NCBI GenBank assembly: GCA_950097015.1
Contig: CATNEN010000013.1
Location: forward strand, 620,001-684,000
Reading direction: 5' to 3'
From: Macrostomum hystrix
Lineage: Eukaryota > Animalia > Platyhelminthes
DNA length: 64,000 nt
Position numbers and translations under genes: made by a program. Each line of letters starts with the position of its first letter. Position 1 is the stretch's first letter. Positions 12,588-25,479 of the stretch are shown in pieces. The notes under the pieces were generated by a model. That model made no database searches and was not told the origin of the DNA. It saw only the letters and a list, made by a program, of their open reading frames with translations.

Positions 12588-12940
12588 GGTAAAGCCTAAT
12601 AGCAAGTGGTTAGAGTGTCGAGCTTACGACTAGAAGGTCGCGAGTTCGATTCCCGACCTCCACTGAAAAATGGTGCCCTTTAGCAAGACACTTAACTCTG
12701 CATAGCTTCAGTTCACCCAGCTGTTAAATGGGTATTTGGGGTGGGTGTGGCGTCCCCCCAGTCCATGGACTGAACAGCCGTTATTTGGGGTGGGTGTGGC
12801 GTCCCCCCCCAGTCCATGGACTGAACAGCCGTACGCAGCCTTCAGATGCGATGCGCTAAAGCTGCGGCTGTGGTGTCGGCTGCACATCTGGCCCGATTTG
12901 GCCAGGTGTAATCAATTATTATTATTATTATTATTATTAT
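12588..12940 (+). mobile_element. tRNA-derived SINE family 1, near full length, internal duplication of about 41 bp, (ATT)n tail
   Basis: A-box-like TAGCAAGTGG and B-box-like GAGTTCGATTCC; central GCAAGACACTTAACTCTG...CAGTTCACCCAGCTGTTAAATGGGTA; shared 3' domain; homologous to copies near 30.8, 36.0, 52.1 and 59.0 kb. Confidence 0.88.
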
Positions 12941-14112
12941 TGAAAGTAAAGCAAAATATTGTTTAGCCATTGTGTGACACAGCTAAATATAGCTACAAAG
13001 AATTGAGCACTTATGAAAATAACAATAAAGAAATAATGAGAATTAGTCAGTAATGATAACGGCAAATTAAGTGTCGTAATTTTTGTCTGAAGCAAGTGTT
13101 TAAAGAACTCGTAAATTTAGTTCAGCGCCAATAAAACTTCGCCATTCCTTTTGTATGTTTTCACAATCCAAACTTAGAAATAGCGTCTAAAGAAAATTGA
13201 AAGTTGTAAATTTTCCGCTGTCTTCTAGAAGATGACGGTATTTTTATCTAGCTATGAAATCTCCGAGAACTAAATCCTTCATTTTTGCATCGCCTCGAAC
13301 ATCGGCAATGCACCGCTCTAGAACAAATTATAACAAGAAACACCCCGCTGTGCTGATGGAGCCCTTGCATTCATTTCCTAGTTGATTTGTTGTCTTCTTT
13401 TCAAAGAAAGATTTCCGTGTTCTGATCTCTTATCTATCTTCGTTCAAAAGTTTCTGCGGCTTACATGTAAAACCGAGTGGCAATAAGCTGTAGGGATTTC
13501 CTCTCTAAAGTCTTTGGACAATATTGAAGGGGCTGTAAGAAAGATTCAAGGTCTTTGGACAAATTGATTATTTCGCATGACTGATTGCTTATAAGACCGT
13601 ACAGTTTTGCCCTCTCTACAACAGCTTCTGGGCCGCATTGCGGAACGCACAGATCCGTGAGAATTACCCTTTTTTTCTTTTCTCTCTTGCCTTTCTTAAG
13701 CTGCTTTTAACATTGGATCATTGTTATGTGGTTGCAAGTGATATTCAATTTGTTATATCGGATTACCAGCAGCAAGTTTTAGCCCAGCTTATTCAGTTAT
13801 AGGACACAATGTCTTATAAGTGGGCCAGTTTCATGGAGTTGAAACTTTGTACAGAAATATTTGTTTTGTTAGCAGAACTGTGTGCTGTACATTTCATTTG
13901 AAGCATAAATCAAGCTTTGTCAATCATCTATAGTTGATTTTAGTAACGGAATAATATGAAAGCTTACACGCTTGACATATTGACACTGAAACATTGATAT
14001 TGAATTATAACGAGCCGTAGCTTACAGGGATAAATTGTACCACTCAAGAAAATACGTATTGTACTTTCATGACAGTTTAAAGTTTTTCAAGGCAATGAAT
14101 CTTGCTGCGATT

Positions 14113-14900
14113 ACTCTGCTACGATTCCTTAACTGCCTCCTGCTATGATTCCTGATACTGTTCCTGCCACTATTCCTTAACTGCCTCCTGCTACGATTCC
14201 TTAACTGCCTCCTGCTACGATTCCTGAACTGCGTCCTGCTACGATTCCTGAACTGCGTCCTGCTACGATTCCTGAAACTGTTCCTGCTACGATTCCAGAA
14301 CTGCATCCTGCTACGATTCCTGAAACTGTTCCTGCTACGATTCCTGAACTGCGTCCTGCTACGATTCCTGAAACTGTTCCTGCTACGATTCCTGAACTGC
14401 GTCCTGCTACGATTTCTGAAACTGTTCCTGCTACGATTCCTGAACTGCGTCCTGCTACGATTCCTGAAACTGTTCCTGCTACGATTCCTGAACTGCGTCC
14501 TGCTACGATTCCTTAACTGCCTCCTGCTACGATTCACTGAAACAGTTCCTGCTACGATTCACTGAAACATTTCCTGCTACGATTCACTGAAACAGTTCCT
14601 GCTACGATTCACTGAAACAGTTCCTGCTACGATTCACTGAAACAGTTCCTGCTACGATTCACTGAAACAGTTCCTGCTACGATTCCAGATTATTTTCCTG
14701 CGACGATTCCTGAAAAAATTCCTGCTACGATTCCTTAAACTGTTCCTGCAACGATTCCTGAACTGCCTCCTGCTACGATTCCTGATACTGTTCCTGCTAC
14801 GATTCCTGATACTGTTCCTGCTACGATTCCTGATACTGTTCCTGCTGCGATTCCTGATGTTGTTCGTGCTGCGATTCCTGATTTAGCTTTGATACGGATC
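14113..14900. repeat. 24-bp minisatellite (CCTGCTACGATTCCTGAAACTGTT)n
   Basis: Direct reading. Confidence 0.96.
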
Positions 14901-15663
14901 CTGATTATCTTCCTGCTACGAGTCTTTGTGATAGTATTTCTTATTAGTTTTTTTTTTCATATTTGAAAGCACTAAAAGCACTAATGCACTGTATATTAAA
15001 TGAGCTAAATAACGTAGCAATGTTAATTTGTTAATTAATTCACCGAGTTGCTTTGTTGCCAAGGTGATGGCGAATAGCAAGAACTGAGCATCAAAAGGTT
15101 AGCTTAAAAATTGGCGTCACGCTGAATGAACTGAATTCTAATTTCATTGTAGTTTTCCCATTCCCAAAATAAAAGTTTCCGAAAGCAGCAGTGCGAGACC
15201 GCCTTTGATTTTATCCCAATTAACTTTCTCTGCCAGTTAGGTGTTAGTTGTCAAGTGGGGGTCAGAGTCAAGTTCACTGTGTTGTCAAATACGTCAAATT
15301 AAGTGCAAATGAGCATAAGGATTGCGAACAGGACAGAGGAAATCAAGGATTGATTCGACCCAGACTTCGTACAATTCAACACACCGCAGTCGTGAAGCCG
15401 TCAGCGTTGCGCAATCGGTCTGGCTACAAAAAACCTTTCAATGATTTGTAAGCCAAGCTCCTGTCAGATTCGCTTCTTCTTGAAAAGAATACGGCAATTA
15501 TTTTGCGATAAGAGAGTTAGATATCGATGAATTCATATCCGGCATTTCAGCTATCGAAAACTTTTCTGATACAGCTGACTGCTGAGAACTGGAAAAATAT
15601 TGCATAGGGTAAGAAGAACGGAAGGTTTGAAAGGTTTGAAAAGGTTTGAAAGTCAAGGTTCGG

Positions 15664-17850
15664 GAGAACGAGAAAGAGGGGTAGAGGAGAACGAGAAATA
15701 GGGGTAGAGGAGAATCAGAAATAGGGTAGAGGAGAACGAGAAAGAGGGGTAGAGGAGAACGGGAAATAGGGGTAGAGGAGAATCAGAAATAGGGTAGAGG
15801 AGAACGAGAAAGAGGGGTAGAGGAGAATCAGAAATAGGGTAGAGGAGAATCAGAAATAGGGTAGAGGATAATCAGAAATAGGGTAGAGGAGAATCAGAAA
15901 TAGGGTAGAGGAGAATCAGAAATAGGGTAGAGGAGAATCAGAAATAGGGTAGAGGAGAATCAGAAATAGGGTTTAGGAGAATCAGAAATAGGGTAAAGGA
16001 GAATCAGAAATAGGGTAGAGGAGAATCAGAAATAGGGTAGAGGAGAATCAGAAATAGGGTAGAGGAGAATCAGAAATAGGGTAGTGGAGAATCAGAAATA
16101 GGGTAGTGGAGAATCAGAAATAGGGTAGAGGAGAATCAGAAATAGGGTAGAGGAGACGAGAAATAGGGTTTAGGAGAATCAGAAATAGGGTAGAGGAGAA
16201 TCAGAAATAGGGTAAAGGAGAATCAGAAATAGGGTAGAGGAGAATCAGAAATAGGGTAGAGGAGACGAGAAATAGGGTTTAGGAGAATCAGAAATAGGGT
16301 AGAGGAGAATCAGAAATAGGGTAAAGGAGAATCAGAAATAGGGTAGAGGAGAATCAGAAATAGGGTAAAGGAGAATCAGAAATAGGGTAAAGGAGAATCA
16401 GAAATAGGGTAGTGGAGAATCAGAAATAGGGTAGTGGAGAATCAGAAATAGGGTAGAGGAGAATCAGAAATAGGGTAGAGGAGAATCAGAAATAGGGTAG
16501 AGGAGAATCAGAAATAGGGTAGAGGAGAATCAGAAATAGGGTAGTGGAGAATCAGAAATAGGGTAGAGGAGAATCAGAAATAGGGTAGTGGAGAATCAGA
16601 AATAGGGTAGAGGAGAATCAGAAATAGGGTAGAGGAGACGAGAAATAGGGTTTAGGAGAATCAGAAATAGGGTAGAGGAGAATCAGAAATAGGGTAAAGG
16701 AGAATCAGAAATAGGGTAGAGGAGAATCAGAAATAGGGTAGAGGAGAATCAGAAATAGGGTAGAGGAGAATCAGAAATAGGGTAGTGGAGAATCAGAAAT
16801 AGGGTAGTGGAGAATCAGAAATAGGGTAGAGGAGAATCAGAAATAGGGTAGAGGAGACGAGAAATAGGGTTTAGGAGAATCAGAAATAGGGTAGAGGAGA
16901 ATCAGAAATAGGGTAAAGGAGAATCAGAAATAGGGTAGAGGAGAATCAGAAATAGGGTAGAGGAGAATCAGAAATAGGGTAGAGGAGAATCAGAAATAGG
17001 GTAGTGGAGAATCAGAAATAGGGTAGTGGAGAATCAGAAATAGGGTAGAGGAGAATCAGAAATAGGGTAGAGGAGACGAGAAATAGGGTTTAGGAGAATC
17101 AGAAATAGGGTAGAGGAGAATCAGAAATAGGGTAAAGGAGAATCAGAAATAGGGTAGAGGAGAATCAGAAATAGGGTAGAGGAGACGAGAAATAGGGTTT
17201 AGGAGAATCAGAAATAGGGTAGAGGAGAATCAGAAATAGGGTAAAGGAGAATCAGAAATAGGGTAGAGGAGAATCAGAAATAGGGTAAAGGAGAATCAGA
17301 AATAGGGTAAAGGAGAATCAGAAATAGGGTAGAGGAGAATCAGAAATAGGGTAGTGGAGAATCAGAAATAGGGTAGAGGAGAATCAGAAATAGGGTAGAG
17401 GAGAATCAGAAATAGGGTAGAGGAGAATCAGAAATAGGGTAGTGGAGAATCAGAAATAGGGTAGAGGAGAATCAGAAATAGGGTAGTGGAGAATCAGAAA
17501 TAGGGTAGAGGAGAATCAGAAATAGGGTAGAGGAGAATCAGAAATAGGGTAGAGGAGAATCAGAAATAGGGTAGTGGAGAATCAGAAATAGGGTAGAGGA
17601 GAATCAGAAATAGGGTAGAGGAGAATCAGAAATAGGGTAGAGGAGAAGGAGAAATGGGGTAGAGGAGAACGGAAAAGAGGGTAGATTGGAACGAGAAAGA
17701 GGGGTAGAGGAGAACGAGAAATAGGGTAGAGGAGAATCAGAAATAGGGTAGAGGAGACGAGAAGTTGGGGTAGATGATAACGAGAAATAGGGGTAGAGGA
17801 GAACGTGAAAGAGGGGTAGAGGAGAACGAGAAGTACAGGTAGAGGAGAAT
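15664..17850. repeat. 22-bp purine-rich minisatellite (AGAAATAGGGTAGAGGAGAATC)n
   Basis: Direct reading. Confidence 0.97.
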
Positions 17851-17996
17851 GAGAGATTTAGCAAATTGTCAAGTTAAAATATAACCTGCTTGTCATTAAT
17901 CATGCTAAAATGAATCGTTGCATAACAATAGGAACGCATGTTCCGACTTCCAAGTAAGATTCTTCTTCACCACCCGAAACCATCGGCTAGTGCCGA

Positions 17997-18070
17997 CCAA
18001 TCAAAAGCGAGGACTTGTTTGGCGCGCCTCCATCGCCCCCAAATTCTCTTAGCTAGTGCTGCTATAAATA
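17997..18070 (+). promoter_or_regulatory. Putative core promoter of the Hand-like gene (CCAAT at 17997, TATAAATA at 18063)
   Basis: Motifs lie about 100-170 bp upstream of ATG 18165. Confidence 0.5.
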
Positions 18071-18164
18071 GTGTCTGCCCACAGAAAACAGAAAAGCAGA
18101 AACCTATTGAAGGATAACACTTAACTGATCAGTTCTAATCAGTCTAACATTAGACAGTGTTGCT

Positions 18165-18188
18165 ATGTCAAAGGATTACCAAGGCTAT

Positions 18189-18221
<33 letters not shown>

Positions 18222-19473
18222 CAAATCATGAGCTGGTGTCAGCAACTAGAAGCAGATATTTCAATTCCTGAATTTGCATATTGGCACTCGACAATGTATG
18301 ACGAGGCTTCCCTGACACCGCCGCAGCAGCTGACGGCGACTGAATTCTGCTGCTGTTGCACCGACAACACAACTCAGCAGCAGCAGCTGCTGCCTCCGCA
18401 GCCAACTCCGCCGAGTCAGCCGCAGCTGCCAGCACCGCCGCCTCCGCCGCGTTCGCAACCGTCTCAAAAAGCTGTCAAGCCGATCAGACCTGTCTTTCAG
18501 CGCAGGTGAGAACTTTATTTTCAGATATTTTATATGCCTTACTAATGTAGTGTAAATGCTGACTGTTATGCCACTGACAGGAACTAGAGAAATGGCAGAT
18601 CTACTGACAGGAACTAGAGAAATGGCAGATCTACTGGCAGGAACTAGAGAAATGGCAGATCTACTGACAGGAACTAGAGAAATGGCAGATCTACTGACAG
18701 GAACTAGAGAAATGGCAGATCTACTGACAGGAACTAGAGAAATGGCAGATCTACTGACAGGAACTAGAGAAATGGCAGATCTACTGGCAGGAACTAGAGA
18801 AATGGCAGATCTACTGACAGGAACTAGAGAAATGGCAGATCTACTGACAGGAACTAGAGAAATGGCAGATCTACTGACAGGAACTAGAGAAATGGCAGAT
18901 CTACTGGCAGGAACTAGAGAAATGGCAGATCTACTGGCAGGAACTAGAGAAATGGCAGATCTACTGACAGGATCTTAGGAAATTACAGATCTACTAACAG
19001 GAACTTGGGAAACGACCGATCTTATTGATAGGAACTAGAGAAGTGGCAGATCAACTCACAGGAACTTAGGAAAAAACTGACATATTGACAGGAACTAGAG
19101 AACGGGCAGATCTACTGACAGGATCTACTGACAGTATAAGTCAGTAGTGACTCTTTGCCATTAGATATTGACTGACAGTATAGTTTTTGCTCTATTGTTT
19201 TGGTGATACAGAATGATTTTAAATAAAAGAACAGGTTAAAATGTGAAGTTATGCCATTCAAAGAAGGCCAATTTGTTATTCCGAATTAATGTTGCCAGGG
19301 AGCACAGGCGCACGGAGACACTGAACCGAGCTTTCGACTGCTTGCGCAACTGCATTCCGCACATACCGCGCGACACCAAGCTGAGCAAAAAGCGCATTCT
19401 GCAGCTGGCCATTCAGTACATTGGCTCGCTCAACAGCATGCTGGACTGCGAGCCTGAGCAGTCGGCTGATCTG
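18165..19473 (+). CDS. hand: Hand-like class A bHLH transcription factor; exons 18165-18505 and 19299-19473; 3' end unresolved (donor GTGAGT at 19474 or readthrough to stop at 19521)
   Basis: Splicing CGCAG|gtgag...gttgccag|GGAG gives VFQRREHRRTETLNRAFDCLRNCIPHIPRDTKLSKKRILQLAIQYIGSLNSML, matching the Hand bHLH pattern [37 protein letters not shown]. Poly-Q/Pro N-terminus. Confidence 0.8.
18572..19130. repeat. 30-bp minisatellite (ACTGACAGGAACTAGAGAAATGGCAGATCT)n inside Hand-like intron 1
   Basis: Direct reading. Confidence 0.96.
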
Positions 19474-19585
19474 GTGAGTCACCGTTTGAGTGTCTGCTCA
19501 AACTCTCTTAGCTACGTATAGAAATTCAGTTTTAGTAATCTAATCAATCAAACCTTGTTTTTAATTCGGTCAAACCGTGTGTCAG

Positions 19586-20620
19586 CTATCTACTCAAACC
19601 CTGGTATCAATCTATTCAAACCCTGCTATCAATCTACTCAAACCCTGGTATCAATCTACTCAAACCCTGGTATCAATCTACTCAAACCCTGCTATCAATC
19701 TACTCAAACCCTGCAATCAATCTATTCAAACCCTCCAATCAATCTACTCAAACCCTGCTATCAATCTACTCAAACCCTGCAATCAATCTATTCAAACCCT
19801 CCAATCAATCTACTCAAACCCTCCAATCAATCTACTCAAACCCTCCGATCAATCTACTCAAACCCTGCTATCAATCTACTAAAAACCTGCTATCAATCTA
19901 CTCAAACCCTGGTATCAATCTACTCAAACCCTGGTATCAATCTAGTCAAACCCTGCAATCAATCTACTCAAACCCTGGTATCAATCTACTCAAACCCTGG
20001 TATCAATCTACTCAAACCCTGGCATCAATCTACTCAAACCCTGGTATCAATCTACTCAAACCCTGGTATCAATCTAGTCAAACCCTGCAATCAATCTACT
20101 CAAACCCTGCTATCAATCTACTCAAACCCTGGTATCAATCTACTCAAACCCTGGTATCAATCTACTCAAACCCTGCTATCAATCTACTCAAACCCTGGTA
20201 TCAATCTACTCAAACCCTGCTATCAATCTACTCAAAACCTGCTATCAATCTACTCAAACCCTGGTATCAATCTACTCAAACCCTGGTATCAATCTACTCA
20301 AACCCTGGTATCAATCTACTCAAACCCTGGTATCAATCTACTCAAACCCTGGTATCAATCTACTCAAACCCTGGTATCAATCTACTCAAACCCTGCTATC
20401 AATCTACTAAAAACCTGCTATCAATCTACTCAAACCCTGGTATCAATCTACTCAAACCCTGGTATCAATCTACTCAAACCCTGGTATCAATCTACTCAAA
20501 CCCTGGTATCAATCTACTCAAACCCTGGTATCAATCTACTCAAACCCTGCTATCAATCTACTCAAAACCTGCTATCAATCTACTGAAACCCTGGTATCAT
20601 ATACTCAAAACCTGCTATTA
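19586..20620. repeat. 22-bp minisatellite (ATCAATCTACTCAAACCCTGGT)n
   Basis: Direct reading. Confidence 0.96.
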
Positions 20621-21223
20621 ATATAGTCTTGGTAACTTGGTAATATGGTCAGACTCCAAAGCCGCTCTAGGAACATTTATTATTTCAGTAAGCAAAGTTT
20701 AAAAAAAAGAAACTTTTTATTTCTGTAGGATCCTACTTTCAGTAGTATTGGGTAACAGTTCGAGTCAATTTATTTTAATAAAACATCTAACTTGCATACC
20801 TAATGATTTTCAAACTTCAGGCCTTCAAAATGCAAATCAACCAGTGACACCAAACTGCTGCTTGACCGGAGGCCAAACTGTTGAATGGTCAATTAACATG
20901 CTACTACTGCTTGTACTTGTAGCTTTGCCAAAGTAAAAATGCTTCCATTCTTTATTATTTAGCTTTGTTTATTTGCTTGTAAAATGCATCGCAAACTGAA
21001 ATATAATTGTGCTATGAAGTGCCCTATATTTCTTTGCACCGTTTTGCTTTTAAATTTAATTCTACAACTGGACTTATTTCATTAAATTATTAAGTACTGT
21101 CTAATAAGCAGTGCAAATCCTAAATTTCTAGAATGAAAAGTAAATTCTTTTCTGATTAAACAAGCTGAAAAACGTATATTATGGTCTACTTTTTTCCCAA
21201 TTCCTAAGCAATAAAATCTACAT

Positions 21224-23730
21224 CTTCCGCCGCTGTACCACAATTTCCGCCCCTGTCTTAACAGTTTCCACCCCTGTCATAATAGTTTCCGCCGCTGTCT
21301 TAACAATTTCCGCCCCTGTCTTAACAGTTTCCACCCCTGTCTTAACAATTTCCGCCCTGTCTTAACAGTTTCCGCCCCTGTCATAACAGTTTCCGCCCCT
21401 GTCTTCAAGTTTCCGCCGCTGTCTTAACAGTTTCCGCCGCTGTCTTAACAATTTCCGCCCCTGTCTTCAAGTTTCCGCCGCTGTCTTCAAGGTTCCACCC
21501 CTGTCTCACAGTTTCCGCCCCTGTCTCACAGTTTCCGCCCCTGTCTCCCTGTCTCACAGTTTCCGCCCCTGTCTCACAGTTTCCGCCCCTGTCTCACAGT
21601 TTCCGCCCCTGTCTCACAGTTTCCGCCCCTGTCTCACAGTTTCCGCCCCTGTCTCACAGTTTCCGCCCCTGTCTCACAGTTTCCGCCCCTGTCTCACAGT
21701 TTCCGCCCCTGTCTCACAGTTTCCGCCCCTGTCTCACAGTTTCCGCCCCTGTCTCACAGTTTCCGCCCCTGTCTCACAGTTTCCGCCCCTGTCTCACAGT
21801 TTCCGCCCCTGTCTCACAGTTTCCGCCCCTGTCTCACAGTTTCCGCCCCTGTCTCACAGTTTCCGCCCCTGTATTCAAGTTTCTGCCCTGTCTTAAGAAT
21901 TTCCGCCCCTGTCATAACAGTTTCCGCTACTGTCTTAACAATTTCCGCACCTGTCTTAACAGTTTCCGCCCCTGTCATAACAGTTTCCGCCGCTGTCTTA
22001 ACAATTTCCGCCCCTGTCTTAACAGTTTCCGCCCCTGTCATAACAGTTTCCGCCGCTGTCTTAACAATTTCCGCCACTGTCATAACAGTTTCCGCCGCTG
22101 TCTTAACAATTTCCGCCCCTGTCTTAACAGTTTCCGCCCCTGTCATAACAGTTTCCGCCGCTGTCTTAACAATTTCCGCCCCTGTCATAACAGTTTCCGC
22201 CGCTGTCTTAACAATTTCCGCCCCTGTCTTAACAGTTTCCGCCCCTGTCATAACAGTTTCCGCCGCTGTCTTAACAATTTCCGCCCCTGTCTTTACAGTT
22301 TCCGCCCCTGTCATAACAGTTTCCGCCGCTGTCTTAAGAATTTCCGCCCCTGTCATAACAGTTTCCGCCGCTGTCTTAACAATTTCCGCCCCTGTCTTTA
22401 CAGTTTCCGCCCCTGTCATAACAGTTTCCGCCGCTGTCTTAAGAATTTCCGCCCCTGTCATAACAGTTTCCGCCCCTGTCTCACAGTTTCCGCCCCTGTC
22501 TTCAAGTTTCCGCCCTGTCTTAAGAATTTCCGCCCCTGTCATAACAGTTTCCGCCCCTGTCATAACAGTTTCCGCCCCTGTCATAACAGTTTCCGCCCCT
22601 GTCATAACAGTTTCCTCCCCTGTCATAACAGTTTCCGCCGCTGTCTTAACAGTTTCCGCCGCTATCTTAACAATTTCCGCCCCTGTCTTCAAGTTTCCGC
22701 CGCTGTCTTCAAGGTTCCGCCCCTGTCTCACAGTATCCGCCCCTGTCTCACAGTTTCCGCCCCTGTCTCACAGTTTCCGCCCCTGTCTCACAGTTTCCGC
22801 CCCTGTCTCACAGTTTCCGCCCCTGTCTTCAAGTTTCCGCCCTGTCTTAATAATTTCCGCCCCTGTCATAACAGTTTCCGCCTCTGTTATAACAGTTTCC
22901 GCCCTGTCATAACAGTTTCCGCCCCTGTCATAACAGTTTGCTCCCCTGTCATAACAGTTTCCGCCCCTGTCATAACAGTTTCCGCCCCTGTCTCACAGTT
23001 TCCGCCCTGTCATAACAGTATCCGCCCCTGTCTCACAGTTTCCGCCCCTGTCATAACAGTTTCCGCCGCTGTCTTAACAATTTCCGCCCCTGTCATAACA
23101 GTTTCCGCCCCTGTTATAACAATTTCCGCCCTGTCATAGCAGTTTCCGCCCCTGTTATAACAGTTTCCGCCTCTGTTATAACAGTTTCCGCCCCTGTCAT
23201 AACAGTTTCCGCCCTTGTCTCACAGTTTCCGCCCCTGTTCTAACAGTTTCCGCCCCTGTCATAACAGTTTCCGCCCCTGTCTTAACAGTTTCCGCCCTGT
23301 CATAACAGTTTCCGCCCCTGTCTTAACAGTTTCCGCCACTGTCATAACAATTTCCGCTCCTGTCTCACAGTTTCCGCCCCTGTCTTTAAGTTTCCGCCCT
23401 GTCTTAATAATCTCCGCCCCTGTCATAACAGTTTCCGCCCCTGTTATAAAAATTTCCGCCCTGTCATAGCAGTTTCCGCCCCTGTCATAACAGTTTCCGC
23501 CTCTGTTATAACAGTTTCCGCCCCTGTCATAGCAGTTTCCGCCTCTGTTATAACAGTTTCCGCCCCTGTCATAACAGTTTCCGCCTCTGTTATAACAGTT
23601 TTTGCCCCTGTCATAACAGTTTCCGCCCTGGTCTCACAGTTTCCGCCCCTGTCCCAACAGTTTCCGCCCCTGTCCCAACAGTTTCCGCCCCTGTCCCAAC
23701 AGTGCCCGACCCAGTCTTAACAGTTTCCAT
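21224..23730. repeat. 20/21-bp minisatellite (CCGCCCCTGTCTCACAGTTT / CCGCCCCTGTCATAACAGTTT)n
   Basis: Direct reading; homogeneous 20-mer blocks alternate with 21-mer blocks. Confidence 0.97.
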
Positions 23731-24017
23731 CCTTGTCCCTGTCTCTGCCCATTTATATCTCACTCTCATCTATCTATCAAACCTCATTTAGCGCCCTCAC
23801 TCCCCATTTAAAACAAACAAATTATCACAAAAAAATATTTTACTGCACATAAACTGTAACTTGTACTAGTAGTAGCGTAGCTAGGACTAGAAAATCAAAA
23901 TCAATACATAACCGATCTAAAAATTTCTAGGCAAACTAAACGGTGCATAAATACGAATACGAGTGCATAGGAAGAACGAAAGACCTGTTCGTTAGATTTA
24001 TGAACCCTGTTTGATCT

Positions 24018-24390
24018 TTATGACCAGACCTCTATGACCAATGTCTCTGTTCTCTATGACCAATGTCTCTGCTCTCTATGACCAAGTATCTGTTCTCTAT
24101 GACCAAGTATCTGTTCTCTATGACCAATGTCTCTGCTCTCTATGACCAAGTATCTGTTCTCTATGACCAAGTATCTGTTCCCTATGACCAAGTATCTGTT
24201 CTCTTTGACCAAGTATCTGTTCTCTATGACCAAGTATCTGTTCTCTATGACCAAGTATCTGTTCTCTATGACACATATCTATTTTCTCTATGACCCGTAT
24301 CTATTTTCTTTATGACCCATATCTATTTTCTCTATGACCCGTATCTATTTTCTCTATGACCCGTATCTATTTTCTCTATGACCCATATCT
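24018..24390. repeat. 21-bp minisatellite (TATGACCAAGTATCTGTTCTC)n
   Basis: Direct reading. Confidence 0.93.
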
Positions 24391-25479
24391 CTGTTCAGAG
24401 ACAGACAATCTGTTTATTTTTTTCTACACTACCATATGATTAGAGATATGACAGTGCCATAGATCAAATTAAAACAAATACCAAGTCGATATAAATATTT
24501 TTGTGAAGGAAAAATCACAAATCAAACTTGTTGACATGTCTAATTGAGACAAACAGGCAGGCCGAACAAAGCCTGGTCCTGTTGTTGGTGACAAGACCCA
24601 CGTCAATCAGCCACCCCTGCTCCAACACCAGACTAGCTAGATGATTGAGTGCGCCACTTTCACCCCTTCATTCCAATGACCCAGGCCAGTACTGAAGACT
24701 GGCATTAGATCTATTCTAGTCCAAAGTAGATCCAACAGTTGAACAGAAGGTTTAGTCTGTTTTTGTAGTTTGTGTAGCACACACGGATCAATGAACTCAG
24801 CGCGCGCCGTAAGCCGACTAAACAACACCTTTTTGCTTGGCTGATTCGGCCAGGAGACCGGGTGGGTGTGTCAGCAAATTGTCGCTGTTGCTTCCAGTCC
24901 AGCGGTCTTGTCCGATTGGAACTGACAAGCCGATTCTGCCGAATGCCATCTGGGAGCGCTGACCAGCAGTCAGGCGGGGTTGCCAGGCAGGTTGGATTAG
25001 TCCAGCCTATTAATTAAATGTTTCCACCGGCCCCGCGTGGTCTCTCAGGCCACCGGAAAGATGAGACGACGAAAACGGACTGCAAGAAATCTGCGCGAGT
25101 CAAAAATTAAGCAAAAACGAAGCATTGATTTCCTGTTTTCAATACTCTTAGTTACGGTTGGGGGATGGTCGCACGGAACACACCTGGTGTGCTGGAGGGA
25201 ACTCGGATGGGAATTTGATCCCTAAAATCCCTATAACACAGATGAAGCTGTCGCGTGGCCTTCTATACAAGCTAAGAGTAAAGAGTAGTCACGTGACTTT
25301 TCAACGACTCGAAAGTAGCTTTTAAAACAAAAGTGTGCTCTATAAATCTTAAAATAAGTGAATCTATTAATTGGTTACACTTTGACATTGTATGCCACCA
25401 TTGGCAATATCTGGCCCTGGAATTAGCACTGGAAATTACAGTTAATAGAATCTATTTAAGCTTCCCTGAGCTTCTTTAC

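Noticed and set aside
13200-13660. Possible minus-strand small exons or SOCS-box-like fragment
   Set aside because: No consistent splice chain, and the motif order does not fit a SOCS box.
19586-20620. AAACCCT (plant-telomere-like) heptamer in the 22-mer
   Set aside because: There is only one heptamer per unit, never in tandem, so this is not an interstitial telomere.
19555-22731. Repeat-derived ORFs (SIYSNPGINLLKP; TGAETVM)
   Set aside because: These are translations of 22-bp and 21-bp minisatellites.
24375-24462. TATGGCACTG (miR-183-like) on the minus strand within an inverted repeat
   Set aside because: Loop of about 45 nt, bulged stem, and the arm derives from the adjacent 21-mer satellite.
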